Shown: one piece after another, positions 28,101 through 36,341 of the stretch | Numbering within the stretch: the stretch's first letter is position 1 | Layout: each line of letters begins with the position of its first letter | DNA from: Christensenellales bacterium | GTDB lineage: Bacteria; Bacillota; Clostridia; Christensenellales; CAG-138 | DNA: 64,000 bases | Reading direction: 5' to 3' | Assembly: GCA_040767925.1 (NCBI GenBank) | Contig: JAXGNN010000001.1 | Span: 1,486,888-1,550,887, forward strand | Notes under the pieces: model-generated | Seen by the model: the letters and a program-made list of their open reading frames with translations, nothing else | The model's database searches: none | Told to the model about the DNA's origin: nothing | Program-made: the position numbers and the translations under genes

Positions 28101-29466
28101 TATGCTGAAAATCACGAACGACGGCAGAAAACTCGCGCTCGATCAGCGGCTTGTGAACGGTATGCTCCCCGACAACGACGAGAGCAAGGTAAACGCCTGC
28201 ATGGACAACATCTATCGGGTATGGGAGGCGGGCGAAGCGAAGCAACTCACGCAGCTTGTGTTTTGCGACCTCTCAACACCCCATAACGATGGCTCGTTCA
28301 ATGTGTACGACGACCTCAAGGCAAAGCTCATGGAGCGCGGCATACCCGCAGAGGAGATCGCTTTTATCCATGACGCAAAGACCGAGGTGCAAAAGGCGGC
28401 GCTGTTTACGAGCGTTAGGCGCGGGCTTGTGCGGGTGCTTATCGGCTCAACGGCAAAGATGGGCGCGGGAACGAATGTGCAGCGAAAGCTCGCAGCGGAG
28501 CATCACTTGGATATTCCGTGGCGACCCAGCGACATCGAGCAGCGCGAGGGCAGAATGATTCGGCAGGGCAATACCTGTGAAAGCGTGGACGTGTTCCGCT
28601 ATGTGACCGAAAACACCTTCGACGCCTATATGTGGCAGACTATCGAATCAAAGCAGAAGTTCATATCACAGATTATGACCTCAAAAAGCCCTGTTAGAAG
28701 CTGTGAGGACATTGACGAAACCGCCCTCTCGTATGCCGAGGTCAAAGCTCTTGCGACTGGCAATCCGTATATCAAGGAAAAGATGGACTTGGAGATCGAC
28801 GTTTCCCGGCTGAAGCTCGTAAAGGCGAACTACCAAAGTCAGAAGTACGCTATGGAGGACAGGCTTCTCAAACACTTCCCCCGCGAGGTCAAGCTCGCGG
28901 AGGAACGCATTGAGGGCTTCAAGGCGGATATTGCGCTCTACGAACAACATAAGACCGAGGACTTCCCGGGCATGGTGCTTTGCGGCGTGAGCTACGCCGA
29001 GAAAAAGGACGCAGGCGCGGCGCTCATTGAAACGTGCAAGGCGCAGACCTCGCCGGAGCTAAAGGAGGTCGGCAGCTTTCGGGGCTTTACGCTCATGCTG
29101 TCCTACGACACGTTTAGCAAGGTGTTCAAGCTGACGCTCAAAGGCGCGCTCTTCCACACGATAGACCTCGGCAGCGACATTCACGGCAACATTCAGCGTA
29201 TCGAAAACGCATTTGATATGCTCCCTACACGGCTCAACGCCTGTGAACAGGCGCTTGCCAACCTTCATACGCAGATGGAGAACGCCAAAGCGGAGGTCGA
29301 AAAGCCCTTTGCACAGGAGGACGAGCTACGCACAAAATCGGCGCGGCTTGCGGAGCTTGACGCGAAGCTCAACATGGATAAGCGCGAGAATGATACGCTC
29401 GACGCCGAGCCGGAACATGAGGAAGAAAGAACGAAACGGCGATCAGAGCCGGAGTATGAGAGGTAA
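22159..29466 (+). CDS. Giant multidomain protein: ArdC-N-like ssDNA-binding domain, low-complexity linker, repeated small domains, N6-adenine DNA methyltransferase, SNF2/DEAH helicase (phage P1 DarB-like architecture)
   Basis: AAAGGAGG SD. LEPACGVGNF (motif I) and GNVPFG (motif IV). GAGKT, DEAH (LFVDEAHFYKN). Helicase-C MGAGTNVQ...REGRMIRQGN. 2435 aa with no stop. Confidence 0.85.
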   Translation: MATKLHMMSELAAQTTEQLTQSVGNWTRFLDSAAWLYKYPFHEQVLIHAQRPDATACAPIELWNDTFRRWVNKGAKGIALIDDSGQKPALRYVFDISDTNTRYNIPFRLWQAKPEQYSQIIEELQNHFGDTGIEDADLSTAVLGIAINAVSDNYRDYYEELLKVADNSALTDLSDDEISSTFMLQLMTSVSHTVLVRLGIDPASIFHGNEYDSISLFNSPDTIAQLGAATSDISEMVLRQIERSVRSMERQERDTLAKSPQVLQNEDRKNERSDGYGTQLQTERGLSDSRYRDGRAAEGADRQIRDDEESVSQRASEWNVQRSVASEQADRASLGDRQDGAGADRADDGADDERRGRDGELESIGSDGLGAADEQHQEPSRGDGDSGYSPQLSLFPSAEEQIEQIEQAEAKTASAFSISQADLDNELVRGTGFQDGKYRVYQFYQTIHTQQDALTFLKKEYGIGGHSHSYLDGSSGFVDHDAKGIRFRVRGNDGEQNFSWRTIDSRLKELIALDRYLTEKEKTYLPTYEQQEAERRERVAEEVAVREALKAAAASMDETRRNAEYRFALGDEVQLGAQTYTVLGYDDTNVMLSNPKYPLLSEDMPREVFERRLRESEVNDHLIVTEQAKETMSDERPYQYAVDDVVYINDTAYRITEVRDSSVQLLDPTLPYPIFRAENRETFEHFLEQDERNSRYIIGMPYRETTKYNLREEAIVAPDNPDISQLDREEALQLFDDGEDIYLYDRELQTEVIAETREDIETHDGIFAIGSYSDKPEEEIEAEPQPEQPLAPAWEQPKEVKLKSIVIDLTQPRVEKHNFRITDDELGYGGAKAKYQMNVAAIRTLQSIEAERRLATPEEQEILSRYVGWGGVADAFDESKDNWRAEYAELKGLLTESEYESARESTLNAHYTSPTVIKAIYECVANMGFTTGNVLEPACGVGNFFGLVPESMGRSKLYGIELDSITGRIAKQLYQNANIAVQGYEDSSLPDSFFDLAVGNVPFGNYGIADKRYDKNHFMVHDYFFAKTLDKVRPGGIIAFVTSSGTMDKKNSAVRKYIAQRAELLGAVRLPNNAFLQNAGTQVVADILFLQKRDRAVIGLPSNRRFDGKRRSDGVDELSDLSGSEVYGVRDDAEPEWVHLGKSAEGFTVNQYFVDNPDMVLGQLTEESTQYGRQECTCAPIAGADLSEQLRDAMANIHGSITEYEREEDELSESATESIPADTDVRNFSFTVVDGQIYYRENSRMNKMEVSVTAANRIKGMIELRDCTRRLIEYQLEGYPDEDISREQRNLNTLYDRYTDKYGLLNSRANNMAFSDDSAYCLLCSLEVIDENGNLERKADMFTRRTIRQQSVVTSVDTATEALAVSLSEKAKVDMPYMAELTGKTEEQLADELTGVIFLNPTTKQYETADEYLSGDVRWKLQLLKEIDDPQYASNMAALEKVQPKDLSASEIDVRLGATWLPPEDIEQFVHELLSTAYYIRNRIKVHYSPITAAWNIENKNSDYNNVAAGVTYGTNRINAYKIIEETLNLKDVRIFDTKLDENGNEVRVLNKKDTILAQQKQQLIKDAFRDWIWKDPNRRDRLTTLYNTKFNSIRPREYDGSHIKFVGMNPEITLRPHQVNAIARTLYGGNTLLAHVVGAGKTFEMVAASMESKRLGLCQKSLFVVPNHLTEQWAAEFLQLYPSANILVATKKDFETRNRKKFCSRIATGDYDAVIIGHSQFEKIPLSVERQRTVLQEQLDEIVDGIAEAKSAHAERFTVKQLEKTKKQIKLKLDKLNDQSRKDDVVTFEELGVDRLFVDEAHFYKNLFLFTKMRNVAGLAQTEAQKSSDLFMKCRYLDELTGGRGIVFATGTPISNSMTEMYTMQRYLQYETLQRQGLTHFDAWASTFGETITSIELAPEGTGYRAKTRFARFYNLPELISMFKQVADIQTADMLNLPVPTVSYHNVVMKPSEYQRDMVASLAERAERVRNGMVEPTEDNMLKITNDGRKLALDQRLVNGMLPDNDESKVNACMDNIYRVWEAGEAKQLTQLVFCDLSTPHNDGSFNVYDDLKAKLMERGIPAEEIAFIHDAKTEVQKAALFTSVRRGLVRVLIGSTAKMGAGTNVQRKLAAEHHLDIPWRPSDIEQREGRMIRQGNTCESVDVFRYVTENTFDAYMWQTIESKQKFISQIMTSKSPVRSCEDIDETALSYAEVKALATGNPYIKEKMDLEIDVSRLKLVKANYQSQKYAMEDRLLKHFPREVKLAEERIEGFKADIALYEQHKTEDFPGMVLCGVSYAEKKDAGAALIETCKAQTSPELKEVGSFRGFTLMLSYDTFSKVFKLTLKGALFHTIDLGSDIHGNIQRIENAFDMLPTRLNACEQALANLHTQMENAKAEVEKPFAQEDELRTKSARLAELDAKLNMDKRENDTLDAEPEHEEERTKRRSEPEYER
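22985..23335 (+). CDS. tnpV: TnpV-family protein ORF (116 aa) nested in the +1 frame of the giant ORF
   Basis: AAAGGAG SD 8 nt before ATG. MELNYRQNGDYLIPDIEMDEQ...IGKYGMMRKAFLKERRSGTYNALLLQNKL...QMAWVQQMNSIKSRAEEMAIADIVHS. Third-position G/C is 70/90 in this frame against 28/90 in the giant frame (hand count). Confidence 0.65.
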   Translation: MELNYRQNGDYLIPDIEMDEQPKEQIGKYGMMRKAFLKERRSGTYNALLLQNKLTEHLLEIDRTAREQIEQTMAQMMSAEGVTESLKASDQMAWVQQMNSIKSRAEEMAIADIVHS

Positions 29467-29468
29467 TT

Positions 29469-30467
29469 ATGGAACACAGACGACAGGTATCACAATCAGA
29501 GATCGAACGGGCGCGGGAGCTTGACCTATTCACCTATTTGCAGACATTTGAGCCGCACGAACTGGTGCGGCTTTCGTCTGCGGTGTATTCTACCCGCAAC
29601 CATGACAGCTTGAAGATGAGTAACGGCAAATGGTATCAATGGTCAACGGGTATTGGCGGCGTATCCGCTCTTGATTATCTCGTAAAGGTGCAGGGCATGG
29701 ATTTTGTCAGCGCCGTTCTGCGGATACTGGAGTGTGAACGATATGCCGCGCCGACAAAGCCCTATACCGTTAAGCGGGCAAAGCCTGTGAGCTTCGTCCT
29801 GCCTGCGCCGCATGAGAACAATGACCGCGTTTCCTCGTACCTTATGGGACGGGGACTGTCGGAGGACTTGCTCAATATGTGCTTCAACATGGGCTTGGTG
29901 TACGAGGACAAGCGGCACAACTGTGTGTTCGTTGGCTTCGACAAGGACGATATTCCCCGCTACGCCATGCTGCGAAGCAGCGACCCAGCCTCCACATTTT
30001 TGCGAGAGGTCGAGGGCAGCGACAAACGGTATTCCTTTTCCATGCCGCACAACAGCCGCGAAACGCTGTATGTGTTTGAGAGCGCCATCGACTGCCTTTC
30101 CTTTATAGAATTGCAGCGTATGAAAAAACCGTTATGGAAGCCGGATAACTACCTTTCCCTATCGGGCGTATATCGCCCGCGAAAGGACGAAACAGCGGAA
30201 CTGCCCGTTGCGCTCAACGAGTACCTTATGAACAACGAGAGTATTCGGCACGTCGCTTTGTGTCTGGATAACGACGATGCAGGCACAAAGGCGGCGATGG
30301 CAATATGCGCCGCTATGCCGAAAGGATATACGACAGAGCTGCTGCCGCCGGAGGTCGGCAAGGACTACAATGAGCAGCTCATCTTGCGTAAGCATATCAA
30401 AACGTCAGTCAAAACGCGGGGCGCACAGAGCGCCCACCATCACACTATGGAGGAAAAAGAAAGATGA
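29469..30467 (+). CDS. DUF3991 + Toprim domain protein (primase/TraC-like)
   Basis: The SD lies in the tail of the giant ORF. LDLFTYL...GKWYQWSTGIGG N-terminal domain. VFESAIDCLS and CLDNDDAGTKAA (Toprim). Confidence 0.75.
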   Translation: MEHRRQVSQSEIERARELDLFTYLQTFEPHELVRLSSAVYSTRNHDSLKMSNGKWYQWSTGIGGVSALDYLVKVQGMDFVSAVLRILECERYAAPTKPYTVKRAKPVSFVLPAPHENNDRVSSYLMGRGLSEDLLNMCFNMGLVYEDKRHNCVFVGFDKDDIPRYAMLRSSDPASTFLREVEGSDKRYSFSMPHNSRETLYVFESAIDCLSFIELQRMKKPLWKPDNYLSLSGVYRPRKDETAELPVALNEYLMNNESIRHVALCLDNDDAGTKAAMAICAAMPKGYTTELLPPEVGKDYNEQLILRKHIKTSVKTRGAQSAHHHTMEEKER

Positions 30468-30823
30468 TGAACAAGACTTTTGCGTATGTTTGCGCGCCCA
30501 CTAACCATGCCACGGGCTTTGCCTCGGGCAAACTGAAAGAATACAGCAAGACCCTCTTTGAACTCGGGTATGTGCCTATCTGCCCCTGCATGATGTTCTC
30601 CCGATTCCTTTCCGAAGCCGTGCCGGAGCAGCGCGAAGCAAGACGTTCTATGTCGCTGGAGCTTCTGCGCCGCTGCCGCGTCCTCGTCGTTTGTTCCGAT
30701 GAACTGACCGAGGAAATGGAGGCTGAGATACTGCTTGCCAAGCGCCTCGGCATGGTCGCTACCACGCTTACGGGCATCAAGAAAATCTCGCTGCACACGG
30801 CAAGCGGAAGTGACGAAGCATGA
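30464..30823 (+). CDS. Hypothetical protein, possibly DUF4406 / nucleoside 2-deoxyribosyltransferase-like
   Basis: 119 aa, start overlaps the upstream stop (ATGATGA). FAYVCAP...PICPCMMF...VLVVCSD pattern. Family call tentative. Confidence 0.45.
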   Translation: MMNKTFAYVCAPTNHATGFASGKLKEYSKTLFELGYVPICPCMMFSRFLSEAVPEQREARRSMSLELLRRCRVLVVCSDELTEEMEAEILLAKRLGMVATTLTGIKKISLHTASGSDEA

Positions 30824-30850
30824 TACCTTTCTCGGAATGTGCTATATGGA

Positions 30851-30899
30851 CAATGCTCTGCATTGGACAAACGAGCATTGGATTTGATTAACCAAATCC
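30851..30899 (+). promoter_or_regulatory. Candidate oriT: two adjacent inverted repeats upstream of mobC/relaxase
   Basis: CAATGCTC (30851-58) / GAGCATTG (30873-80), and GGATTTG attaac CAAATCC (30880-30899). Confidence 0.35.
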
Positions 30900-30950
30900 G
30901 CTCGTAAGGGTGTCCCCTTAAACCCCATCAACGAAAAAGGAGGTTGATTT

Positions 30951-31277
30951 ATGCGTAAACGCAACATTCAAGTTATGCTTCATCTTGACAGTAAGGAATA
31001 CCAATCGCTCATGAAAAAGGTTAAGAAAACGGGACTGTCAAGAGAAACCTATCTGCGGCAACTGATAAACGGCTACGCACCAAAGGAACTGCCGCCGCCC
31101 GATTATCACGCCATGATGCGCGAACTGAACGCCATCGGCAACAGCATCAATCAGATCGCAGCCCGAGCAAACGCTACGGGCTTTTTTCTTGCCGAGGATT
31201 ACGCCCGATATATGGACGAGTTTCGCCGCGTGACATTGGACATTCAAAGGGCGGTCACGCTTCCCACGCCCCTGTGA
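30951..31277 (+). CDS. mobC: MobC-type relaxosome accessory protein (RHH)
   Basis: AAAGGAGG SD. NAIGNSINQIARANA motif typical of MobC. Confidence 0.8.
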   Translation: MRKRNIQVMLHLDSKEYQSLMKKVKKTGLSRETYLRQLINGYAPKELPPPDYHAMMRELNAIGNSINQIAARANATGFFLAEDYARYMDEFRRVTLDIQRAVTLPTPL

Positions 31278-31278
31278 T

Positions 31279-32676
31279 ATGGCGACCACGCGAATATGGA
31301 AGGTGGATAACAAGCTGCCCCGCGTCCTCGAATATGCCAAGAATCCCGAAAAGACGGAAAACCCGAAATGGAGCAAAACGGATTATCAGACTATGCGCGA
31401 CGTGATGGATTACGCCATGAACGACTTTAAGACCGAGCAGCAGTATTATGTGAGCGCGCTCAACTGTAACGCCGACTGCGCCCGCGACCAAATGCAGATG
31501 ACGAAAGCGCAGTTTCAAAAGACGGGCGGGATTCTTGCATGGCACGGGTATCAGAGCTTTGCCGAGGGCGAGGTTGACGCGGACACGGCGCACAAAATCG
31601 GCATTGAGCTTGCAAAGGAGCTATGGCCGGATTTCCAAGTTATCGTGGCGACCCATCTTAATACCAAATGCCTGCACAATCATTTCGTACTCAATTCCGT
31701 ATCGTTTCTGCACGGCGGGAAGTTTAACGGCTGCCGCGAGAGCTACACGAAAATGCGGGCAACCTCCGACAGACTGTGCAAGGAGCATAGCCTATCCGTC
31801 ATCAAGGAGCATCAAGCATATTATCCCAAGCATTACGCAGAGTGGGACGCGCGGGAAAAGGGGCTACCCACATGGCGCGACGCCATCCGTCCCGATGTGG
31901 ACGCGGCGATCATGGGGAGCGTCAATTTTCAAGGCTTCATCAAGAATTTGCGCGAGCGTGGGTACGAGGTGGAAAAGCGCGGCAGCATTTGGCGTGTGCG
32001 CCCGAACGGGAAAGAGCGTTTTGTGCGCTTGCGCTCATTGGGCGAAGCGTACACCGAGGACGCCATCATCGAGCGCATCATCCGTCAGCGATGGCCGTCG
32101 CGCCCGCCCAAGCCGGAACAGCAAAAAAGCATACTCCGTGTTCGGGTATATGGCGACTATCATCTCTCCAAGGTCACATGGAAAGGCTTACGGGCGCTTT
32201 ACTACTTTTATCGGCGCAAGCTCCGTGAGGCGCGGAGGCATCAGTCAAGCTACACGCCCTATGTACTGCGGGACGATATTCGCAGCCTTGATGCCGTTGA
32301 TAGGCAGACCCGATTCTTATTCAAGAACAGGATAGATACCGAGGAAGAACTCATTTCATACCGCGACCATGCCGGCCGGAGAATCGTGGCATTATCCACG
32401 GAACGAAAGGAACTCAAAAATGAACTGCGGCGCACAGGCGTACCCGAACAGCGTCTTGATGAAATCAAGAGCCGAATCGGGGAATTATCCGCGGAGCTTA
32501 AAACGCTCCGACAGGACGTAAAGCTGTGCGACGCCATCGCTGTGCGCTCTTTGGAAATAGCCGAGAAGAACGAGCAGCTTAAACAAATCAAAGAAAAGGA
32601 GGTCGAAAAGCAGCATGAGCCAACAGGGAGAAGCGGCAGAACAGATCGTCAATATGGCGACAAACGTGACCGTTAA
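31279..32676 (+). CDS. Relaxase/mobilization nuclease (MobA/VirD2 family)
   Basis: Histidine triad region ATHLNTKCLHNHFVLNS. N-terminal Tyr-containing region. C-terminal coiled coil. Confidence 0.85.
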   Translation: MATTRIWKVDNKLPRVLEYAKNPEKTENPKWSKTDYQTMRDVMDYAMNDFKTEQQYYVSALNCNADCARDQMQMTKAQFQKTGGILAWHGYQSFAEGEVDADTAHKIGIELAKELWPDFQVIVATHLNTKCLHNHFVLNSVSFLHGGKFNGCRESYTKMRATSDRLCKEHSLSVIKEHQAYYPKHYAEWDAREKGLPTWRDAIRPDVDAAIMGSVNFQGFIKNLRERGYEVEKRGSIWRVRPNGKERFVRLRSLGEAYTEDAIIERIIRQRWPSRPPKPEQQKSILRVRVYGDYHLSKVTWKGLRALYYFYRRKLREARRHQSSYTPYVLRDDIRSLDAVDRQTRFLFKNRIDTEEELISYRDHAGRRIVALSTERKELKNELRRTGVPEQRLDEIKSRIGELSAELKTLRQDVKLCDAIAVRSLEIAEKNEQLKQIKEKEVEKQHEPTGRSGRTDRQYGDKRDR

Positions 32677-33433
32677 AGGCGTTGAGTGCCTTACAAACCT
32701 TGTGGGCAAGGGCGCGTTGTCCCTTGCCACATTCCTCATTGCGGCGCTCAAAGACGAAAAGCGCACAAGCGGTAAAGCGCGTATGCGGGCTTTTAACGGC
32801 AAGCCCACCAAGGTGTTCGCTATCAAGGCGAAGGACTTGAAGCTGTTTGCCGAGGAAGCCAAGAAGTACGGCGTTCTGTATGCGGCGGTTATCAACAAGA
32901 AGCAGCCGGACGGAATTGTGGACGTTGTCGTCAACGCCAACGATGCCGCGCGCGTCAACAGGATCACGGAGCGTTTTGCTTTGTCCACCGTCGATGTGGA
33001 AAAGATACGCGCCGATATTATGAAAGCCCGTGAGGAAAAGGCGAAGCAAGACGCTGCTCGTGAGCGCACCACCCCGCCCGCCGAAAAGGAGGCGCATACC
33101 GTAGACGAGAATACGCTTGACGCTATGATGGCAAAGCCTGTTCAGCAGGCGACGGAGCATAAGCAGCCCGTGGAGGTTTCGGAAAAGGCGGTAAACCCTA
33201 CACGGGCGAGGACGGAGAGGACAAATCCGTCCGAGCCTTCTTCCGTCACGCACGAGAATACCGTGGCGGATAAATCGGAGCGTCCCTCCGTGCGTAAAAA
33301 GATTCAGGAGCTGAAAGCGGAACGGCAAGCTGACAAAACCGCCGAGAAGCAGCCGCAGCGCGACAAAGCGCGGCAGACGACCCATCAGCAGCCGAACAGG
33401 ACAAAAAAGAAAACGAAATCGAAAGGGAGGTAA
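32615..33433 (+). CDS. PcfB/DUF3801 family conjugation protein
   Basis: TKVFAIKAKDLKLFAEEAKKYGVLYAAV...DVVVNANDAARVNRI. Basic, low-complexity C-terminus. Confidence 0.7.
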   Translation: MSQQGEAAEQIVNMATNVTVKGVECLTNLVGKGALSLATFLIAALKDEKRTSGKARMRAFNGKPTKVFAIKAKDLKLFAEEAKKYGVLYAAVINKKQPDGIVDVVVNANDAARVNRITERFALSTVDVEKIRADIMKAREEKAKQDAARERTTPPAEKEAHTVDENTLDAMMAKPVQQATEHKQPVEVSEKAVNPTRARTERTNPSEPSSVTHENTVADKSERPSVRKKIQELKAERQADKTAEKQPQRDKARQTTHQQPNRTKKKTKSKGR

Positions 33434-33438
33434 GGAGC

Positions 33439-34290
33439 ATGGAAAACTACGACAATCTGTTTGAGCAGCAGCCCGAACAAACGGAACAGCCCTTTGACCG
33501 TGAGGCATGGGCGGAGCAAAAGCGGGAGCAGCGACAGGAGCTTTACGACTTGATCGAGGAAATGTCCGAAAAGACGCTTGCCGACCCGTCCGCGCTTTCC
33601 GACTATCTCAATATGCAATCAAGGCTCGGCAAGACAAGCGTTGCCAATACGCTGCTTGTGGTCGCGCAGAAGCCCGACGCTACTTTCATCGCCAACTATG
33701 ACGACTGGCAGAAGCGCGGGCGCAGTGTAAAGCGCGGCGAGAAAGGCACGTTGGTCTTGGAGGCAAACGGCGAGTATGAACGTCCCGACGGTACGATGGG
33801 CGTGAACTTCGATGTGAAGCGGGTATTCGATATTTCACAGACCTATGGAAAACCCGTGCGGGAGCGCACCAATCCTCCCATCAAGACCGCGCTGAAAGCC
33901 ATCACCACGAACGTGCCTGTTCCCGTGAAGCTGTCCGAGAGCGTTTCTCAAAGCGTTGGTGCGATGTATAGCGAAAAGGACAACACCGTGTATGTGGCAA
34001 GAGGCGTGGAGGGCAATGAACTGTTCTTTGCCCTTTCCCGTGAGCTTGCAAGGGCGCATAGCGGGCAGGAAACCTTTATCTGCGACTGCGCCGCAAACAT
34101 CGCCTGCCTGCGGTACGGCGTTCCCGCCAAATACTGCGACAGGATTCCCGATGAGATCGCATCGCTTGAGAGCCGTGAGAAACGCAGCGCACTCAACATC
34201 GTGCGCGAAGTCGCTTGTGAGATCACCGAGCGCGTTGACCGTAACCTCTTTGCGGAGCGTCAGCAGAGCCGCAACGAGCCTGTGAGGTGA
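33439..34290 (+). CDS. ArdC-N-like (DUF1738-like) ssDNA-binding / antirestriction-like protein
   Basis: SVANTLLVVAQKPDATFIANYDDWQKRGRSVKRGEKG is paralogous to residues about 40-100 of the giant ORF. The C-terminal SRELARAH looks like a degenerate HExxH. Confidence 0.6.
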   Translation: MENYDNLFEQQPEQTEQPFDREAWAEQKREQRQELYDLIEEMSEKTLADPSALSDYLNMQSRLGKTSVANTLLVVAQKPDATFIANYDDWQKRGRSVKRGEKGTLVLEANGEYERPDGTMGVNFDVKRVFDISQTYGKPVRERTNPPIKTALKAITTNVPVPVKLSESVSQSVGAMYSEKDNTVYVARGVEGNELFFALSRELARAHSGQETFICDCAANIACLRYGVPAKYCDRIPDEIASLESREKRSALNIVREVACEITERVDRNLFAERQQSRNEPVR

Positions 34291-34487
34291 GGGGCATGGA
34301 CGAGAAGCGCGTGATAGAGGTTGACGAGTATCAGCATGGGCTTATCATCAATTCCTTGAATGATAAGCGCAACGAGCTTGTGGAGCAAGGCAAGGACACA
34401 GAGTTTGTGGACGATACCTTGATTGAGGTCATGGACGCGCCGACGAAGCGCGAGAAGAAACGACACAGAGATGAAAGGGAGCGATGA
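34287..34487 (+). CDS. Small conjugative-element protein (66 aa)
   Basis: Start overlaps the upstream stop. Ends ...KKRHRDERER. Confidence 0.55.
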   Translation: MRGMDEKRVIEVDEYQHGLIINSLNDKRNELVEQGKDTEFVDDTLIEVMDAPTKREKKRHRDERER

Positions 34488-34547
34488 GTATGTGGCAGTG
34501 TATCGAAAGCATGGGTAAAACCGCGACCAAAGCGGAGAACTCCGACG

Positions 34548-36341
34548 ATGAGCAATCCGAGTGAGGACAGAAAGACAAATACAATACTGGCGGCGCTTGG
34601 CGTTATCCCCGTGGTGTGGGCGGCCTTAATGGTCGCCCCTTTTCTGTCTGACGGGCTTGCGGGCATCATCGAGGGCTTCACCTCCGGCATGGCAGACCCC
34701 ATGAAGATAACATGGTGCGCCGATTCGCTCAAAGCTATTCTTATCTTCTTCGTCATCTATGGCTTGGGTATCGGCGTGTACCTATCGACAAAGCGCAACT
34801 ACCGCAAAGGCGAGGAACACGGCAGCGCCAAATGGGGCAACGCAGCGCAGCTATCCAAGAAGTACGCCGATAAGAACAAATACGAGAACATCATCCTTAC
34901 GCAAAACACGCGAATAGGGCTTGACGGGCGCAAGCATCGCAGAAATCTCAACGTCCTTGTGTGCGGTGGCAGCGGCGCGGGAAAGACGCGCTTCTATGCC
35001 AAGCCGAATGTCATGCAAGCCAACACCTCGTTTGTAGTCCTTGACCCCAAGGGTGAGATACTCCGCGATACGGGCTATATGCTTGAAAAAGAGGGATATG
35101 AAATACGGGTGCTTGACCTTATCAATACCGGGCGCAGTCATGGGTATAATCCGTTTGTGTATTTGCGCGACGATAAGGACGTTTTGAAGCTCGTTGCCAA
35201 CCTTGTGCGGAACACCACGCCCAAGGGCGCACAGTCAAATGACCCGTTTTGGGAGCGCGCCGAAACTGCGCTGTTGGAAGCCCTTATCCTCTACCTTGTC
35301 AATGAAGCCCCGCCCGAAGAACAGAACTTCCCGATGGTCATGGAGATGATAAGCGCAGCGGAGGTCAAGGAGGAAGATGAGGGCTATACCTCTATCCTCG
35401 ACGAACTGTTCAATGCACTCGAACAGCGAAACCCCGCCCACCTTGCTTTGAAACAGTATCGGATTTTTAAGATGGCAGCGGGCAAGACCGCGAAAAGCAT
35501 ATTGATTTCTCTCGGCGTTCGCTTGGAGAAGTTTAACCTCCCGCAGATCGCAAGTGTGGTGAGCCATGACGAATTGAATCTGCCCTCGCTGGGCGATAAG
35601 AAAACGGCGCTGTTCGCTGTCATACCCGACAACGATTCATCGCTCAACTATATCATTGGCATGATGTATACGCAGCTTTTTCAAGAACTGTTCTACAAAG
35701 CCGACCAACTGCACGGCGGCAGGCTGCCCGTTCACGTTCACTGTGTCATGGACGAGTTTGCCAATGTCGCTTTGCCCGACGAGTTTGACAAGCTGCTTTC
35801 GACCATGCGAAGCCGCGAGGTTTCGGTATCCATCATCATTCAGAACTTGGCGCAGCTAAAAGCCCTGTTTGAGAAGCAATGGGAAAGCATCGTCGGCAAC
35901 TGCGACGAGTTTCTATACTTGGGCGGCAACGAGCAATCAACGCACAAATATGTGTCCGAACTGCTCGGCAAAGCGACCATTGATACGAACACTTACGGGC
36001 AGAGCAAGGGACGCAACGGGAGCTATTCGACCAACTGGCAGATCTCCGGCAGAGAGCTTTACACGCCCGATGAAGTCCGTATGCTCGACAACCGCTATGC
36101 CTTGCTGTTCATTCGCGGCGAGAGAGCCGTGCAGGACGATAAGTACGACCTCCTGCGCCATCCAAACATCAAGCTGACCGCTGACGGCGGAGCAAAACCG
36201 TATATCCACGGACAAGCGCCCAATGCGCTTGATTCCGATTTCATCCTGTTGGACGGCGATATTTCCGACTATGAACTGCTGTCCGAAACCGATGTAGAAG
36301 AAATGCTCAAAAAAAGTGAAACGGAGGAACAAAAGAAATGA
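34548..36341 (+). CDS. virD4: Type IV coupling protein (VirD4/TraG family)
   Basis: Two N-terminal TM segments. Walker A VCGGSGAGKT. Walker B-like HCVMDEFAN. Confidence 0.9.
   Translation: MSNPSEDRKTNTILAALGVIPVVWAALMVAPFLSDGLAGIIEGFTSGMADPMKITWCADSLKAILIFFVIYGLGIGVYLSTKRNYRKGEEHGSAKWGNAAQLSKKYADKNKYENIILTQNTRIGLDGRKHRRNLNVLVCGGSGAGKTRFYAKPNVMQANTSFVVLDPKGEILRDTGYMLEKEGYEIRVLDLINTGRSHGYNPFVYLRDDKDVLKLVANLVRNTTPKGAQSNDPFWERAETALLEALILYLVNEAPPEEQNFPMVMEMISAAEVKEEDEGYTSILDELFNALEQRNPAHLALKQYRIFKMAAGKTAKSILISLGVRLEKFNLPQIASVVSHDELNLPSLGDKKTALFAVIPDNDSSLNYIIGMMYTQLFQELFYKADQLHGGRLPVHVHCVMDEFANVALPDEFDKLLSTMRSREVSVSIIIQNLAQLKALFEKQWESIVGNCDEFLYLGGNEQSTHKYVSELLGKATIDTNTYGQSKGRNGSYSTNWQISGRELYTPDEVRMLDNRYALLFIRGERAVQDDKYDLLRHPNIKLTADGGAKPYIHGQAPNALDSDFILLDGDISDYELLSETDVEEMLKKSETEEQKK

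Noticed and set aside
27199-28245. 348-aa minus-strand ORF, and other ORFs nested in the giant gene apart from the TnpV-like one
   Set aside because: They have no recognisable motifs and no SD. The plus-strand helicase motifs account for the region. Only the 22985-23335 ORF shows an independent coding signature.
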